Part shown: piece after piece, positions 46,701 to 60,200 of the stretch
Numbering within the stretch: the stretch's first letter is position 1
Layout: every line of letters starts with the position of its first letter
Assembly: GCA_973895155.1 (NCBI GenBank)
Contig: OZ316894.1
Location: forward strand, 14,089,680 to 14,153,679
Reading direction: 5' to 3'
DNA: 64,000 bases
Source of the DNA: Marsupella aquatica
Lineage: Eukaryota; Plantae; Marchantiophyta
Program-made: the position numbers and the translations under genes
Notes under the pieces: model-generated
What the model was told of the DNA's origin: nothing
The model's input: the letters and a program-made list of their open reading frames with translations, nothing else
The model's database searches: none

Positions 46701-49675
46701 TTTACTCTCCTGGGCAACCATCTGAGGAGGAGCTACTAGAAAGCAGGTGCAATAGGGATAAGCTATTGCGGAGTACTAAATCGGCATTCACGGCGGCGGA
46801 GATACACAGGATGGAGGCACTTCCTACGATCTCCGAGGTGAAAGAGGTGTTGTGGCTTCTCCCGGAGGACAAGGCCCCTGGGACGGATGGGCTCACGGCT
46901 GAGGTTTACAGAGCCTGTTGGGAGTTCATGAAGGATGATATGGTGGCAATGATACAGGATTTCTGGCTCACAGGCGAGTTGGCTGCTGAGATCAAGGATG
47001 GCCTGATAAAGCTGATACCAAAAAAACCTGATAAAAGATACTTGAAGGATTGGCGCCCTCTGACGATGCTTAACACTAGCTACAAAATCCTGGCCAAAGT
47101 GATCGCTCTACGAATTAAGCACCTGCTATGTAACCTGATCAGTCCTCAGCAGACCGGGTTTATCCCGGGTAGACGTATCTTAGAGAATATTTCGCTTGCT
47201 AGGCTTACAAGTGACTGGGTTCAAAATTGCAGGAAGGGAGCATTATTCCTAAAACTTGACTTTGAGAAAGCATTCGACAGGGTTAACCACGAGTATCTCT
47301 GGGAGTCTATGTTGCTGCTGGGATTTAGTGGTAGGATTGTGAACATAGTTAAAGCCTTGTTCTCTAATGCCAGCTCTCGAGTACTAGTCAATGGCTTTCT
47401 TAGCAAATATTTTTTGATGTGTCGGGGGGTGAGGCAGGGATGTCCTCTCTCCCCTCTTCTATTTGTGATTTCTACCCAACCTCTCATGGATTTCTTGGAT
47501 GCTGAGCTTGCGGCTGGTCGACTTGCTGGTATCCAGGTTTCAGATGTGCTTACAGTGTGCTACAGATTGTTTGCTGATGATGTGGGGATGTTCATCCCTG
47601 CAACAGAGGAAGCGTTTAGGGATGCTACTACGGCTCTGTCATGTTATGAAAGTGCATCTGGTGCTAGGCTGAACTTATGAAAATCTGTTATCATCCCACT
47701 TGCTTTGGACCTAATTCCAGACTGGCTCAAGGCTACAGGCTGCAAGATTAGTGAGCAAGGTGAAGTGCAGAAGTATCTGGGTGCTCCATATTGGACTCTC
47801 AGTGGGTAATTTACATCGCTTCTGCCTGGATAAGGTTGCGGCACGCTTGTCCTCTTGGTCAAATAAATTGCTGTCCTTCACAGGTCGGACGTTGCTGGTG
47901 AAACATGTGCTCATGGCAATACCGATATATCACGTAATGTATATGAAGGCCTCGGAAGGGCTGGCAAAGAAACTGATTGCGTTGTGCAGGGATTTTCTAT
48001 GGGGTTATAATCTTGAGGGCGGGAAGAAGATTCCGCTGGTGGCATGGGACAAGATGGCTCGCCCTAAGGTGGATGGCGGACTGGGGTTTCGTGACTTTAG
48101 AAGTCACTCTGATGCGCTACTTACTCAGTGGTTTATGAAGGCCTTGGATTATCCCAACACGGAATGGGCTGGCATGCTTGCTGCTAATCTGAGTCTTATT
48201 GGATGGCTGAATTTCAGGGTGATTAGGCGAAATCACTACACATTTGCAGATAAGCTGCTTTTATGTACTCCAAGATCTTGCTACGGGTGACATACACTTG
48301 GGGAATCTGGAAGGCCTGGGAGGCTTTGAGAGCAAATCTTTCCTTTGTCCCAGGGACTGCGGGCTTTCCTGGGAGATGGAGTATACAGGACGCATTACGC
48401 TGTACACAGGGCTTTAATACTTGGCCTTCGGCACACACAGAGTTCACTGTGGAAATCTGTGGGAGGCTTGGGATACGGGTGATTGCCGACTACTGGAATG
48501 CTGAGGCGCACCAATGGAAGGACTTTTCTGGCAGATGGTGTTTGCTTCGAGGGTGGGCGCTGGCTCACAGGGACAGATGCCATCAGTTTCTACTTGTGAT
48601 TGGCAGGGGACGCTGCTGCAATGGTGGGCTGGTGCCGGGTGCTCCTTGTTGGCGTTGGCTTGAGATGGGGGTTCCACTGAAGAGGTTCACAATTCCTAAC
48701 AAACACGCATACCAACTTCTAAGACCTAAGGGCTTGGACTACCAAAGATGGAACAGAATTTGGCTCACCAACTGGACGGAGGAGGTATGGGGTAAGAGAT
48801 GGCATGCTCTGTGGGGTTCGGACCTGTCCACTAGAGGAAAAACCTTTCTATGGCGAATCATTGCCGGTGGCCTGTTTACGGGAGCAAGGGCCCTTACTAT
48901 TGGTGCAAGTGATGGTATCTGTCGGCTATGCCCTAGGAGGCTTGAAAGTATTCCTCATCTGTTCGTCCAATGTGTGCATGCTGCTGAGTGCTGGAGACTA
49001 TGCTGTGACTGCTGCCTGGGAGTTATGTTTGCACCTGGGCAGGATCTTCTAGACAAGGTGGTGGCCTCATTTGGTCGCAGTCCATTGAGGGTGGCTCGTC
49101 TATTCCTACTGTTTCAAATTGTGTGGATGATTTGGCTGGGACGTAACACACAGATGTTCAAGGAACTTGGGCGCAGATCCTTTGATGTAAGATTGGTTCT
49201 TTCTGAGACGGTTTCACACCTGCATGGGGCCTCTCTACGCTTCCCGTCAGGCAGTAAACACATTCGGCTTCTTAGGGCTAAAGAATTAATTGAAATGGAA
49301 CGGAGGCGCTGGTTGGTGCGTAGAGATGGACATGTGACTTCGGGCTGATGATGCTTAGAGTAGGTTAGGCTCTATGATTGGTGCTATGGCTCTGGTGGGC
49401 TTGGGTTGGGCTCACCTGTGCGGCTCTGTTTTTTGCTTTTGGGGCTTACCCTTGTGTTATGGCTACAGGCCTTTAGGTTGCTCATGGATCTGGCTCTCGC
49501 TGTCGTTGACTGGCTGGCTGGGGTTGGGCTCTTTACCGGGGCCGTATATGATGTCTGGGCGTGCCCTGTTTTAGGGGTGCCCTGCTGGCCTCCTGCGGGA
49601 GTTGTCCTTTTGTGCTGTTTGCTTCCCCCGCCGTGGGGTTTTCACAGGTTATTTCTATAAAAGTTAGAAAAAATT
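43723..49675 (+). mobile_element. Near full-length plant L1-clade LINE retrotransposon, decayed
   Basis: Broken ORF1 region (C-terminal part 44642-45385), then ORF2 with endonuclease, RT and zf-RVT domains, and a GT-rich 3' UTR ending in an A-rich tract near 49660-49675. Boundaries are approximate; no clear TSD. Confidence 0.88.
45435..49348 (+). pseudogene. LINE ORF2 (APE endonuclease - reverse transcriptase - zf-RVT) with frameshifts and a stop
   Basis: Endonuclease: SWNVCGL, LQEVK, VYAPN, GDFN, SRLDRFY, SDHDPI. RT: KAPGTDG, WRPLTMLN, QTGFIPGR, KLDFEKAFDRV, GVRQGCPLSPLLF, LFADD. C-terminus: CRLC..ESIPHLFVQC. Breaks occur near 46290, 47678 (TGA), ~47790 and ~48285. Confidence 0.93.
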
Positions 49676-50697
49676 TCCAAGGAAAACCAAATTAAGTATT
49701 ATAAACAGATGGACTCACATACTGGTGTCCTCCCAATTCACGACGCTGCTCAATAAAATGATGAAAGACCTGTAATTTCAACAAAGTAGGTTTTTCATTA
49801 ATAGGTCTAGCAATAAAAAGATTGGGATAGGTTATTTTTAACCTCTTATAGAAAGGGGCAGGGTAGGTTTTAACCATCCTTTATCCCAAAGAATTCATTA
49901 TTTTCTATCCCAAAGAATTCATTTTTTAATGAGTTTGAATCTCTCATAGCTTTTGCACTAATGAAAGAAATTATCCCTTCCAAAATCAATAAAAGATTTT
50001 GAAGAAGCGGATGTTTTGGATCATAAAATTTTTTATTGATATATTTTCAAATTTATGGAAAGAAATTCCAAAGCGTTGTTGTTTTAATCGTCTGTTTGTT
50101 TGAAGACGTCAGCATGTCAGATTCGGAGTACAAAGGGAGGGAAGGTCTAATTTAATGCCTACGAATTTTCACTGTGTAGCGGTGTGCTCTCGTTTTGTGG
50201 CCAACAAATAATGTCTTAGGAGACCATTCACTGGACTCCAATTATAGAGCACCCATTCGAGATTAATCCTGCTGTTCAACAAATTACTGCATGATCTATT
50301 TATGATACATCGACCACAGTACTCCACATGTAAACTCCACATGTAAACAACTGGAGATGTCTCAATTTGTTACGAGCCTCAACTGAGTGGAAAACTTTCA
50401 ACCACAACCTCATGACTGAAATACACATCCTTGGGATTGTTACACTAGATTCACAACCAGCCCACCGCCTCGGGTAAGAAAGCTCTGCTCTTAACGCTGT
50501 ACTGTAACCAGCGGCTAGTCTGACACCTAATCTAAGAGACAGTTATAGCCATGAATGCGGATAACAAGGCAAGCACATACTTTCTCGTCTGAAATTCCCA
50601 AGCCCATCTTGGATAACCCATTGGGATTCCTTATCAGGTATTTGCTGTACGGTGCTAGCCCAACAGAACAGGGAAAAGTCGGCAATTCTGAGAACGC

Positions 50698-53600
50698 TCA
50701 TTTGGCAACATCCACAACTTCGACATCAAAAACAAGCCAAGAGTTCCCAGGAATAGGGCCACCACCCTTAGCTCCATACCTGCAGGCAGCACATCGCCAA
50801 GCAAGATTATAATCCTATGCAACGTGATACCTAAAGAAAGGCCTCAGGGGAGTGAGCAGATATTCCACAGATGGTCAGGTGCGCCAAGGCTACACACACC
50901 ACAAGAGAGAGAAGGACGAAAATCGGGAAGAAAACAACTTATCAATCGTAGCAAAAGACTACCGCACAACGTGGTCAACACACAAAAAGAGCCCGACTGA
51001 GTTCTGAAAAATAGGTGGGCCGTGCAAACGGTAGCTTGACACTCTTCAAGAAAAATTGCACACCACAAAAAGATGGTTTGAGTTGTTAATAGACGTGTCG
51101 TATCTGTGATTCCTTCACAAGTTACACCAAGCCCGGGTGCATAGGAAAGAGCATGGGACCAGCAACACATAAAAATTCCAAACCAGGCTAATCAATGTAG
51201 GAGATTTAGACGTCCACAGCCTCCGTACTATCGAAAGGCTCTTTTAATTCGTGCTCTCACCGGTCAGATGACTCAACAAACTTTCCATACTTAAAGCGCG
51301 ATGGTTTCCAAAGGAACTCAACCCTAAAACAAGACGGATACCGACCAATCTGTGTCGTCTCTGGAAACCCAACCCCCGAAACATAAATTCTAAGCTCTTC
51401 AAATTATTCTCGTAGTGTAATCTAATTCTTGCTAACACTAGGGGACAGTCGGATCACTATATCCTTTAAGGTCAAATGCAGCGAACTTGGGACAGTCGTC
51501 ACGGGTTTTCGATGTTCGTGTCCAACATCCAAACCTCATTATTGGGGTCTTTGGCCCAGAGCTCAGTCAAATCTGTAGAGCCAGACAACTCAGCGGGAGG
51601 CAGACTTGTGGATGTGGTGCAGTTAGATAACGGCCTTGAGGAAACCATGAATCGGGGTACTGCAACAAATTTTCCCACTCTGGTACAGGGTGTTCAATCG
51701 AATTTACTAGTAGCTAAGAAGGCAAATTTCCAGGATTGGTATCCCATTGTAGAATAGGTGGAGATCTTCTCAGTACCATCGATGCTGAGAAGATCAAGCT
51801 GCAAATTGAAAAGGGAGTCCTACCCCAGGCCCACATTTGAGAGATCAATCAACCCCCCACTTCGATTCCAATTAAAAGCTATTCCTCATGCCTAAACTTT
51901 CCCAAAACTCTTCCCGAAGAGTATGTCATGATGTCCTCCTACAAATAGCTCCCAAGTATAACTGTCTTCAATAGCCTCTGTTTCTCGCTTCCGAGTTAAT
52001 ATATATAAGAAAATGGCATTGAAGTGAATAGAAATCCTTCTAACACCAACTTCTCTCTTGCCAAATAGTCTGATCTTATAACAATAAAGAAGGCGATGAA
52101 TTCTTCTGCCGGAGACCTAGATAGCGACACGACGCATCGGAGACACAGGTAGATGGAGGTCGAGAAAACGGTAAGTAAATTTGGTCGAGTTACCCACGGA
52201 AAAGTGTGAACCATAGCAAAAAGGAAACATCCATGAAGGAACCGCAACTACGAGTTGAAGTTGTCTTTATACAAGTCGACTTACCCCATGGCTGGTGGAA
52301 TAGTAAGTCTCCGCTTATCGCCAATCCTCATACCTGCACTCACCAATAAAGAAGAGCTCAGCGCACATTATATTTGAAATCACTAACTATTAAAGAAATT
52401 AATTTCAATACATTGAGAGAAATCCACGACTTCTTTGAGGAAGCTCCTTCACAAGGCGAATCATAGACATCCAGCTGGTAGAAAGCTTACCTGCAACACC
52501 AACGTCCCATCCTTTCACCACCTCGCCAACTCCTAGTCGGAAGACAAATGGTTTTTTTCCGACAGAGGAGTCAAAAATTTTCCCATTAGACCTGAGTCTC
52601 CCAGTGTAATGAATAGTAACCTGCCAATAACCAAGTGGATTAATAGCCTATCATTAATCAATCTAAATGGGATTTTAGTGCAGAACAATACAACAGTCAT
52701 CCAGTCACAGAAGAGCGTAAGAATCCAACGACGATATCAAACAATTGTGTGGTCAAATGAGGACGCACGAACATAATTCGTAAGACAGATAGCATGGTAA
52801 GAAAAGTATACAAACAGTCACCATCAGTTGAATGTCGGGAAAGCTTTACCCTCTTTCCAGGCTTGGTTTGCCTGGCATCAGGCCTTCCCATAGCTATCTC
52901 CTCAATCTCCAGACCATTTGGAAATTTTCTGGTGGAAGTACCAGGTTTCTTGACCTTCTTTCCAGTGGCATCAGTTCCAGGCGTCACTGAACTCCCATTT
53001 GCCGTTGATGTCCTTGTCGAAGATTTTACTTCAGAGCCGTTCCAATTGGCCGATGTCTTTAGTGTTTTCGCGACCTCTTCAGTTTTTGTCGGTCTCATCT
53101 CTATTTCTTTGATTTGAGTTGGGACCTTCTCGTTTTTTTTTTTCTTCTTCTGTTTCTGTTTCTTTGGTTCATCGGACGTAGTTGACGGGTTAAATACCCC
53201 TGCGGACCTGGAGCGGAAAATCCAAGTCAGGTGAGGAACAGTACAGGACCAGCACTTCTAGTCGTCCCAATTACTTGAAATCAACTTCATATATAAATTA
53301 TGTGGTATTCCAGCTTCTCTACAAAAGCAAAACGTGGTACCAGCCAGTGCACCACATCTCTGATACAACAAAACGCTTGGAGCAACTTAGACTAAAAGGC
53401 CAGTAAGTAAAATTACAAGAGATTCATACCTAAAGACGAGGTTCAAATGGGTTTCAATTGCGTGGACAAAGGTCATAAACGATATTGTGGAGTGGGACGA
53501 AATATCACTATGTACACGTTAGGTTGATGGAAATTCCTACTGTCATAAGACCTCAATCTGGCTTATTGCTAAAGCAACAGAAGTTCACTCTCATCTCAGG

Positions 53601-55559
53601 ATAAAGAGGGGAGTACAAGGGAAAGAGCATCAAGATCAGTCCCGCATAGTAAACAAATTCTTGCGTGGATTCATCAATCCTCAGGCTTACTTGATTCTCT
53701 CGATGGTCACCTAGACTCTAAGTTGCCACTGGACTTGCTTCAAGCGTTTATTCTGTTTCCATTAAAACAAATGCTTGATTTTCGGTCCCTAAATTAGTTC
53801 GGGCCCACAAATTGCATTGAGGTCGGCGCATCTAACCGAAAAAGGATAGTTTTTCTGTAGACAACTGACTCAAAAGCCTCTGCGAGGACATTCAGCTTTA
53901 GTTTTAGTCAGTAAATTTGCATTTGTACTATGCGCAAGTTCCGTTAAACTTTGGACTTAGAGTGCGCATTTTGAGAGGAAAGAAGCAAATTCATAAGATT
54001 GTAGCAGACACCATGTGAAGGTTGCTTCCACTATCTCAGCTAGACAAGAAAGATTGGGAGAAATACCTTCCCGTAACTCACTTTAAACACAATTTATTAA
54101 AAGGAAACTGAGAACAATTACCCATTTACTGCTTCAGTTTTCTCCGAAGGTCGAGGAAATCCATCCTCATCTTCGCTCCCTTCACCCACTGTCACGTTGT
54201 CCACCTCTTTGAAAGAATCCTTTTTTCGCTCCTTTGATGAGACTGCCCTCTTTCTCTTTTTGGGGGCTTTCTGGTCCCCTTGATCAGAATCAGGTATTTG
54301 TTTGTTTTGGACTGGTATCTTGTTCGCTGTAGCATCGTCCTCAAGTTCGGTGATAGTAACTGTACCAAGACAACATTCAAAGAAAACCTTTCCAATAAAA
54401 TCTTACCGCAAAAACTTCAATCAGCCCAACTGATAATGCTTTCAAAGGAAAACAACACAATGATAAAATGACAAAATTAAATGTCCTTTACCAGAGGAAG
54501 GAGGAGCATCTAGAGCATGTATGTCATCCTCGTCATAATCCTCATCTTCCAAGTCTTCCTCGCTGTATTGTGTAAACGACAAGGAGCAAATACAGTAATA
54601 ACAGTTCAGCGAGTGAAATAATTCAGTCCAGCTCGTGCAGAAATACAGCTGCCTGTAGCACACGAATATGAGACCAAAGCCCACTAGCACGGCAAGGAAT
54701 GGAAGTGGGAAGATACATACGAGTCGAATTCTGAGCCCTCAAATTCGTAGTCATTGTCCTCGTCTTCATCATCGTCCAAGGGCAGGTAGTATCCAACGAG
54801 ATGAACACTAGTAGAACCCGCAACTGAGAACACCACATCCCGATCAAACAGCAGATCGAGGGAGCAGGAATCTGATACACCCGGAGTGAGGGAGCACAAC
54901 AGAAGTTCCGGTCCATCTCCCACCTTGCATTTCACGACCGTCCTCTCTTTTCCTTTAGCGTCCAGCCCCAGGGTCGCCTGTAATATAAGATAAGAGTAAG
55001 TAAATAATCCTCCTTCGAGTAGTGCGACAAATCGCACGATCGGCTGACAGAAAGAATGAAGCCATGAATCTGCCGCAGGTATGCCTTTCGAAACGAAACG
55101 AACCTGAGATAGATGAAGCCTGCAACCTTCGTACTCACTATCTTCATCCCCGCTAGGACTGAAGTGTTCACCAGGCTTAACCTCCACACCTGCTTGACAG
55201 CCCATCGAGTCAATCCCCATGAAACAGTGGTAAATTCTTATACAAATAAATCGCCTTGGAAATGCCACTACACTTCTTCCTGGCAAGTTTCAGTCCATCG
55301 AAACGAAGCTGGACTTACGAAATGCAGTGACCATCTTAAAACCCTTGCTCTGGATCCTTGATTGGAGGCATTCATTGGCTTATATTCCATCTAATCATTC
55401 GCAAACAATTCATATCGGACCCATGTGTGGTCTGCAGATCTCAAACCACTCGGAATCGAATACAGAACATAGACCGAAAATACATTAATCGAATTCCACG
55501 ATAAGGAAAATCCATTTGTTTAATGAGGACGGGTAGTATAACGTACCCCAGAACACCAT
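50698..55559 (-). CDS. FKBP53: Nucleoplasmin-domain FKBP peptidyl-prolyl isomerase / histone chaperone (FKBP53/FKBP43-like), ~9 exons
   Basis: Exon 1 is ATG GTG TTC TGG G|GT (55559-55547, MVFWG). Next come VEVKPG...RLHLSQ|ATLG...[29 protein letters not shown] (NPL domain), an acidic tract and Lys-rich NLS exons. The FKBP domain follows: [17 protein letters not shown]|[42 protein letters not shown]|[16 protein letters not shown]|[26 protein letters not shown], with the stop at 50698-50700. Introns are GT-AG. Confidence 0.93.
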
Positions 55560-55849
55560 AGTGAATAGCTATCGGCCGAAACCGAATTTTACTGGGTGGT
55601 TGTAACCCACCAAATTGAAGCAAACTTTCTCCGAGACCACCAATGAATCCACTAGCACCGAGCTGGATTCATAAACCTATCGACCCATGAAACCCAACAA
55701 ATTCGGACATCGCGCTAAACTTCGGCAGACAGATGCGAAGGACTTCGGCCCCAGGGATACAAATCAACAAAAACAATACAGCAGAGTTTACAGAGGGTGT
55801 GAGACTGAGATCCCTTCAAGTGTAGTTCTCTCACGCTGTAGAGCAGAAA

Positions 55850-55936
55850 CGGGGTTTAGGGTCAAGAACAGCAACCCCACCTTCACGCTGAAATCCACTA
55901 AAAGTTTAGAAACAATATGCAGTCCTAAAACCCTAG
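55850..55936. promoter_or_regulatory. Telo-box-like motifs upstream of the FKBP gene
   Basis: GGGGTTTAGGGT at ~55851-55862 and AAACCCTAG at ~55928-55936. Telo-boxes are common near transcription starts of plant nucleolar and translation genes. Confidence 0.4.
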
Positions 55937-56090
55937 AAGCTTCCATATCCTAAGGGCAACTGGCACTCAGCTAACTACTCTATGCGAGTCCTCGTGGTTA
56001 CCTTAGTGCCATCCAGGTTACAGGGACTGCGCCAAACATTAACCATTAATGATGCTAGTTGAACAGGCCCTCTATTAAAGTTACACTATA

Positions 56091-56125
56091 CTAGCCCTAG
56101 CCCGATGCCCGTGTGTCACTCGGAA
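56091..56125 (-). mobile_element. Probable Helitron 3' terminus
   Basis: The minus strand reads CCGAGTG-A-CACACGG (near-perfect hairpin) GCATCGGGCTAGGGCTAG|T, i.e. a GC-rich hairpin followed by CTAG and T. Confidence 0.45.
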
Positions 56126-56127
56126 GA

Positions 56128-56760
56128 TTCAAGGTGATGGCAAGATAACGAGACAGGGACAAGATGTCAAGGAGAGATAAATATGTCGAGGTGAGGGAAA
56201 GACATCGAGAGACAAGGACAAGATGTCAAGGCAATTGCAAGATCTTGAGGAGAGACAAAGATGTCGAGGCAAGGGCAAGATATCAAGGTGAGGGAAAGAT
56301 GTTGAGGCGGGAGCAAAGTGTCAAGAGAGGCAAAGATGTCGAGGAGACAGTAAAATGTCGAGGAGACAGTAAAATGTCGAGGAGATGCTAAGATGTTGAG
56401 GATTTGCAAAGATGTTGAGGAGAGACAAAGATGTCGAGGTGAGGGAAAGATGTTGAGGCAAGGGCAAGATGTCAAGGTGCGGGAAGGATGTTGAGGCAAG
56501 GGCAAGATATCAAGGTGAGGAAAAGATGTTGAGAGAGGGCAAGATCTTGAGGTAAGGAAAGATGTCAAGGGCAGGGAAAGATGTCAACCTGGATGTCGAG
56601 GAGAGGCAAAGATGTCAAGGAGAGGGCAAGATGTCGAGGAGAGGCAAGATGTCAAGGTGAGGGAAAGATGTCAACACATGGGCAATATGTTGAGGCGAGG
56701 ACAAGATGTCGAGTTGAGGGAAAATTGTTGAGGTAAGCCAAAGACGTCAAAGCGAGACAA
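56128..56760. repeat. Purine-rich minisatellite (~18-bp unit, G(C/A)AAGATGT(C/T)(G/A)AGG...)
   Basis: More than 30 degenerate tandem units containing AAGATGTC/AAGATGTT. Confidence 0.9.
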
Positions 56761-56851
56761 AAGACAAATAATTAGGGAGAAAGGCAATATTCAAAATATA
56801 AATTAAAGGAAACAAAAGTGAAAAGAGAGACACTAAGGCAAAGCAAAGATT

Positions 56852-57210
56852 CTTGAAAGACTGGTGCCCATTGACTATGTTTAATACTATCTATAAGCTG
56901 ATTGCGAAGATTTGGCTTTACGATCAAAACTGATCTTTCCAAAACTGATTATCCCCCAGCAAACGGGTTCATCCTGGGACGGAACATTCTAGAGAACATC
57001 TCCTTGGCTTGGCTTACTTGTAATTGGGTTAGGAATCGCAAACATGAATCACTCTTTCTGAAGCTGGACTTGAGAAGGCGTTTGATCGGGTGAATCATAT
57101 CTATATATGGAAAACTATGCATTTGCTTTGGATATGTAGTCAGTTTACTAAACTAGTTCAAGCATTATTATGTAAAGCTACTTCACGGGTGATGTTAATG
57201 GGATGCTTTT
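56852..57210 (+). pseudogene. LINE RT fragment related to the element at 43.7-49.7 kb
   Basis: LKDWCPLTMFNTIYKLIAK...GFILGRNILENISLAWLTCNWV..LFLKLD.EKAFDRVNH closely parallels 47040-47400. Confidence 0.85.
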
Positions 57211-57249
57211 GAGGGACATTGGTCTGCGGCCGTATCTTGAGGATAAGCA

Positions 57250-60200
57250 AAGAGGTGGGGAAAAGAGTCTTGAGAACACATGGGGTGTATGGCTGCTTGA
57301 GATGAGAACTTGTTTGTGGAAAAAAACTTCATCACTTTCTACCTTATATGCATCAACATACTTTTGACTTTCCTCAAAATCCCTTTGGTTTGGTATAAAC
57401 TCCTTAACAAAACATCAAGTAAACCTTAAACCCATCACATTAGTAACTTCACACAAGCTTTAAGCAATTAGAAACTACTTTCAAAACTGCCTTCAACATT
57501 CTATTTTTGAAAATGACTTCAAGTATCCTCAAGTTACTCATTCCATCACATAGCCTTCACAATTGTTCCATTCATCCATCATTCATAGCCAAAACAATTC
57601 TCCTATGTCCACTCCTCTATATGCATAGCAAAAGGCACATGAAAAGTATCATGGCCTTCTCTAAGTGAAAAATGGGTCACAAGCAAGACCCTCCTAGAAA
57701 AACTTGAATCAATCAAGCTCAATGACCAAGTAAGACATTATCAAGCCTCCAAACTGCCACCATAGCCACTCAAGGCTTCAAAATAGCTATGTCTCCCTTC
57801 CTACCATCCTTGCTCCTACCATCCTCATTCAAAATTCCAAGCCATGGTGTTTTGCACTTGAGTAAGCCTTCTCAATGAGCCCTCTCTCATGCAACACACT
57901 CAAGGTTTACAAAATCAAGTTACTCATCACCACTAAGGCTTTGAATCAGCCCTACTACTTCAGTCCCTTCAAAACTTGGAGCCAAAAGCCTACATTCGAA
58001 TATACCTTCTTGTGGACAATCTCTTTTGCATGCTCCTTAATCTTCCTACTCATGGTCTACCTCCTTCCTAAGGCTTTGAATCAGCCTCTCCTACATTTGA
58101 AACTTCACTCAAAATCGCTAGAAAAACTGTCACAAGTGAAATCTATCAACATTCAAAGTGTCATCTCTCTTTTCTCCTTCTAAAAATGGTTTCTATATCT
58201 CTTACCCTCAAGAACGTAAGGCCACGGCCAAGGAGGAGGGCTTCTCCCTTACACATGCCTCATCCTCAAGCTCCCCTCTAGAGGTTCACACCTACAACTT
58301 GAAATGGGACTAAACACTCCAACAACAAAATGACAACACTTTAGCAACATCTAACGCTAGGAACCTGCGGTCACTCAAACTTTATCCTGTACCCACAAGG
58401 GAAGGCCCAGGACACACACAAGCCCCTTCACTTATGGTTTTAGTCCTATTCAAATCTCAGCCCTAGATCTCACACCATTTAGATCCAAAGGCCAGAAATG
58501 AGCAAAAAACCCTCATTTAAGTAACTTTCTCACCAAATGAGCTTTGAACTTTTTGAAAAAAGCCACGACCTCCTCCAAGCCTTAGCTCCCTTCACCATCT
58601 TCAATCCAAACTATCCTTCATCTCAAACCAAGATCCACCTTTGAAGTAGATACATTGAATCCTATCCGTTAAAACACAAAACCTTGAATCTCGCCCATGT
58701 TTCATAAAACTGATGTATTTGGACCAAACCACCATACACGCCTCAAACTTGGATACCTCTTCCATAGATTCAATGAACTTGACCACCATGCTGCCAAACC
58801 GTAAATATATTGCTTGTTGAGCAAGAAAACTCCATTCCGCTGATTTGCCAATAACAAACTTAACTGTTGGTAAAAATGAAACACATACCCCACCATACAA
58901 GGGAAAGAAGGCTTGACCTCATCCCTACCTTGACTCTCATTTCCCTACTTTCTCCTTAACCTTGGTCAATTTAACTCAAGTCAACTTAACTTAACCCAAG
59001 TGAGTTACAAAAATGATATCCATTTCCTTCACAAAACATGAAGATTCTCTCTTTAGGATGGAAACCTCATGACATCCACCCTTACCAAACCTGAGCAGCC
59101 TCTGGTCTGCTCCATACCGCAAATGTCAATCATCATCATCACTGTCACCTTAATTTACCGTTAGATGAATCACTTTCATCACTTTCAAAATCATTCTCAT
59201 CATCCAGCACAACACTAGTGTCTTCCTCCAAAATGGTATCATCAACAAATTGATCTCTCCTCTTGAACAACTTGTGTTTCTTCCCTGCATAGAGATGGGA
59301 ATGGGGTACACTACGAAGCTCACGAACTTTGTATGTAGCATTGTCCCTCACTTCCATCACAACAAATGGTCCACTCCACCTCAAATCAAAGTTTTTAAGA
59401 GTAGAGTGTTGATTTATCAAGCTCTCATCTGAAATGAGAACCCAATCTCTTTCTTGAATTTGAATAGGTCTAAGTCTCCTCTTCCTATCAAATTGCCCTT
59501 TACTCTCTTATCTTGCCTTCTTCACTTTCCCCAAGGCCTCATCAATATAATCTTACTTGGTGTCAAACTGAAATGTTCCATCCTTCTTGTTAGCTCTCTT
59601 GAAACCTCATCTTTCCACTCAACGGATCTCCAATTGTGTACAGCCTCCTCTATGGGCATCAAAGGTAGATGACCTGAGACTGACTCAGTTGGTGCAAAAC
59701 CAGTAATTGAACTACGTGTAATCCTATCTACCATAAGTGCAAGTGGTAAAAACTTACTTAGGCCAAAGTAAAGTCCAACCTTTACAAGACTTAACTAAAG
59801 CACTCATAGTAGGTGGGTGACCTCTCTCACTCTTCCCATTTCCCTCAGAGGGATTATAGGAAGTGGTCAGCTTAAGCTAAATGTGGTACTTAGCAAAGAA
59901 TTGATGAGCCTTATCTGAGTTTAACTCACCCCTTTCTACTCTCATCTGATAAAAACAACCCTGTCTGGATACTATATCCTCTAACACAAACCTACAAAAT
60001 GGCGTGCTCTTGTTAGAAGCACGAGGTCTACCCTCAACATAAGATGACAAATCCTCTCTGGCAAGCACCAAATACCTAGCTCCTCTAACCCCTCTCGGCA
60101 TATGAACAATATCTAGCACCCATTGGAAATGCAAACATGGTGGATGAGTGGGATTAAAACCATTTGTATGCTTGACCTTTGAGTAAAATTGACACACTCT

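Noticed and set aside
56164-56568. ORFs of 75 and 133 aa, and a possible CRISPR-like array
   Set aside because: They are translations of a degenerate minisatellite; there are no unique spacers between conserved repeats, and the context is eukaryotic.
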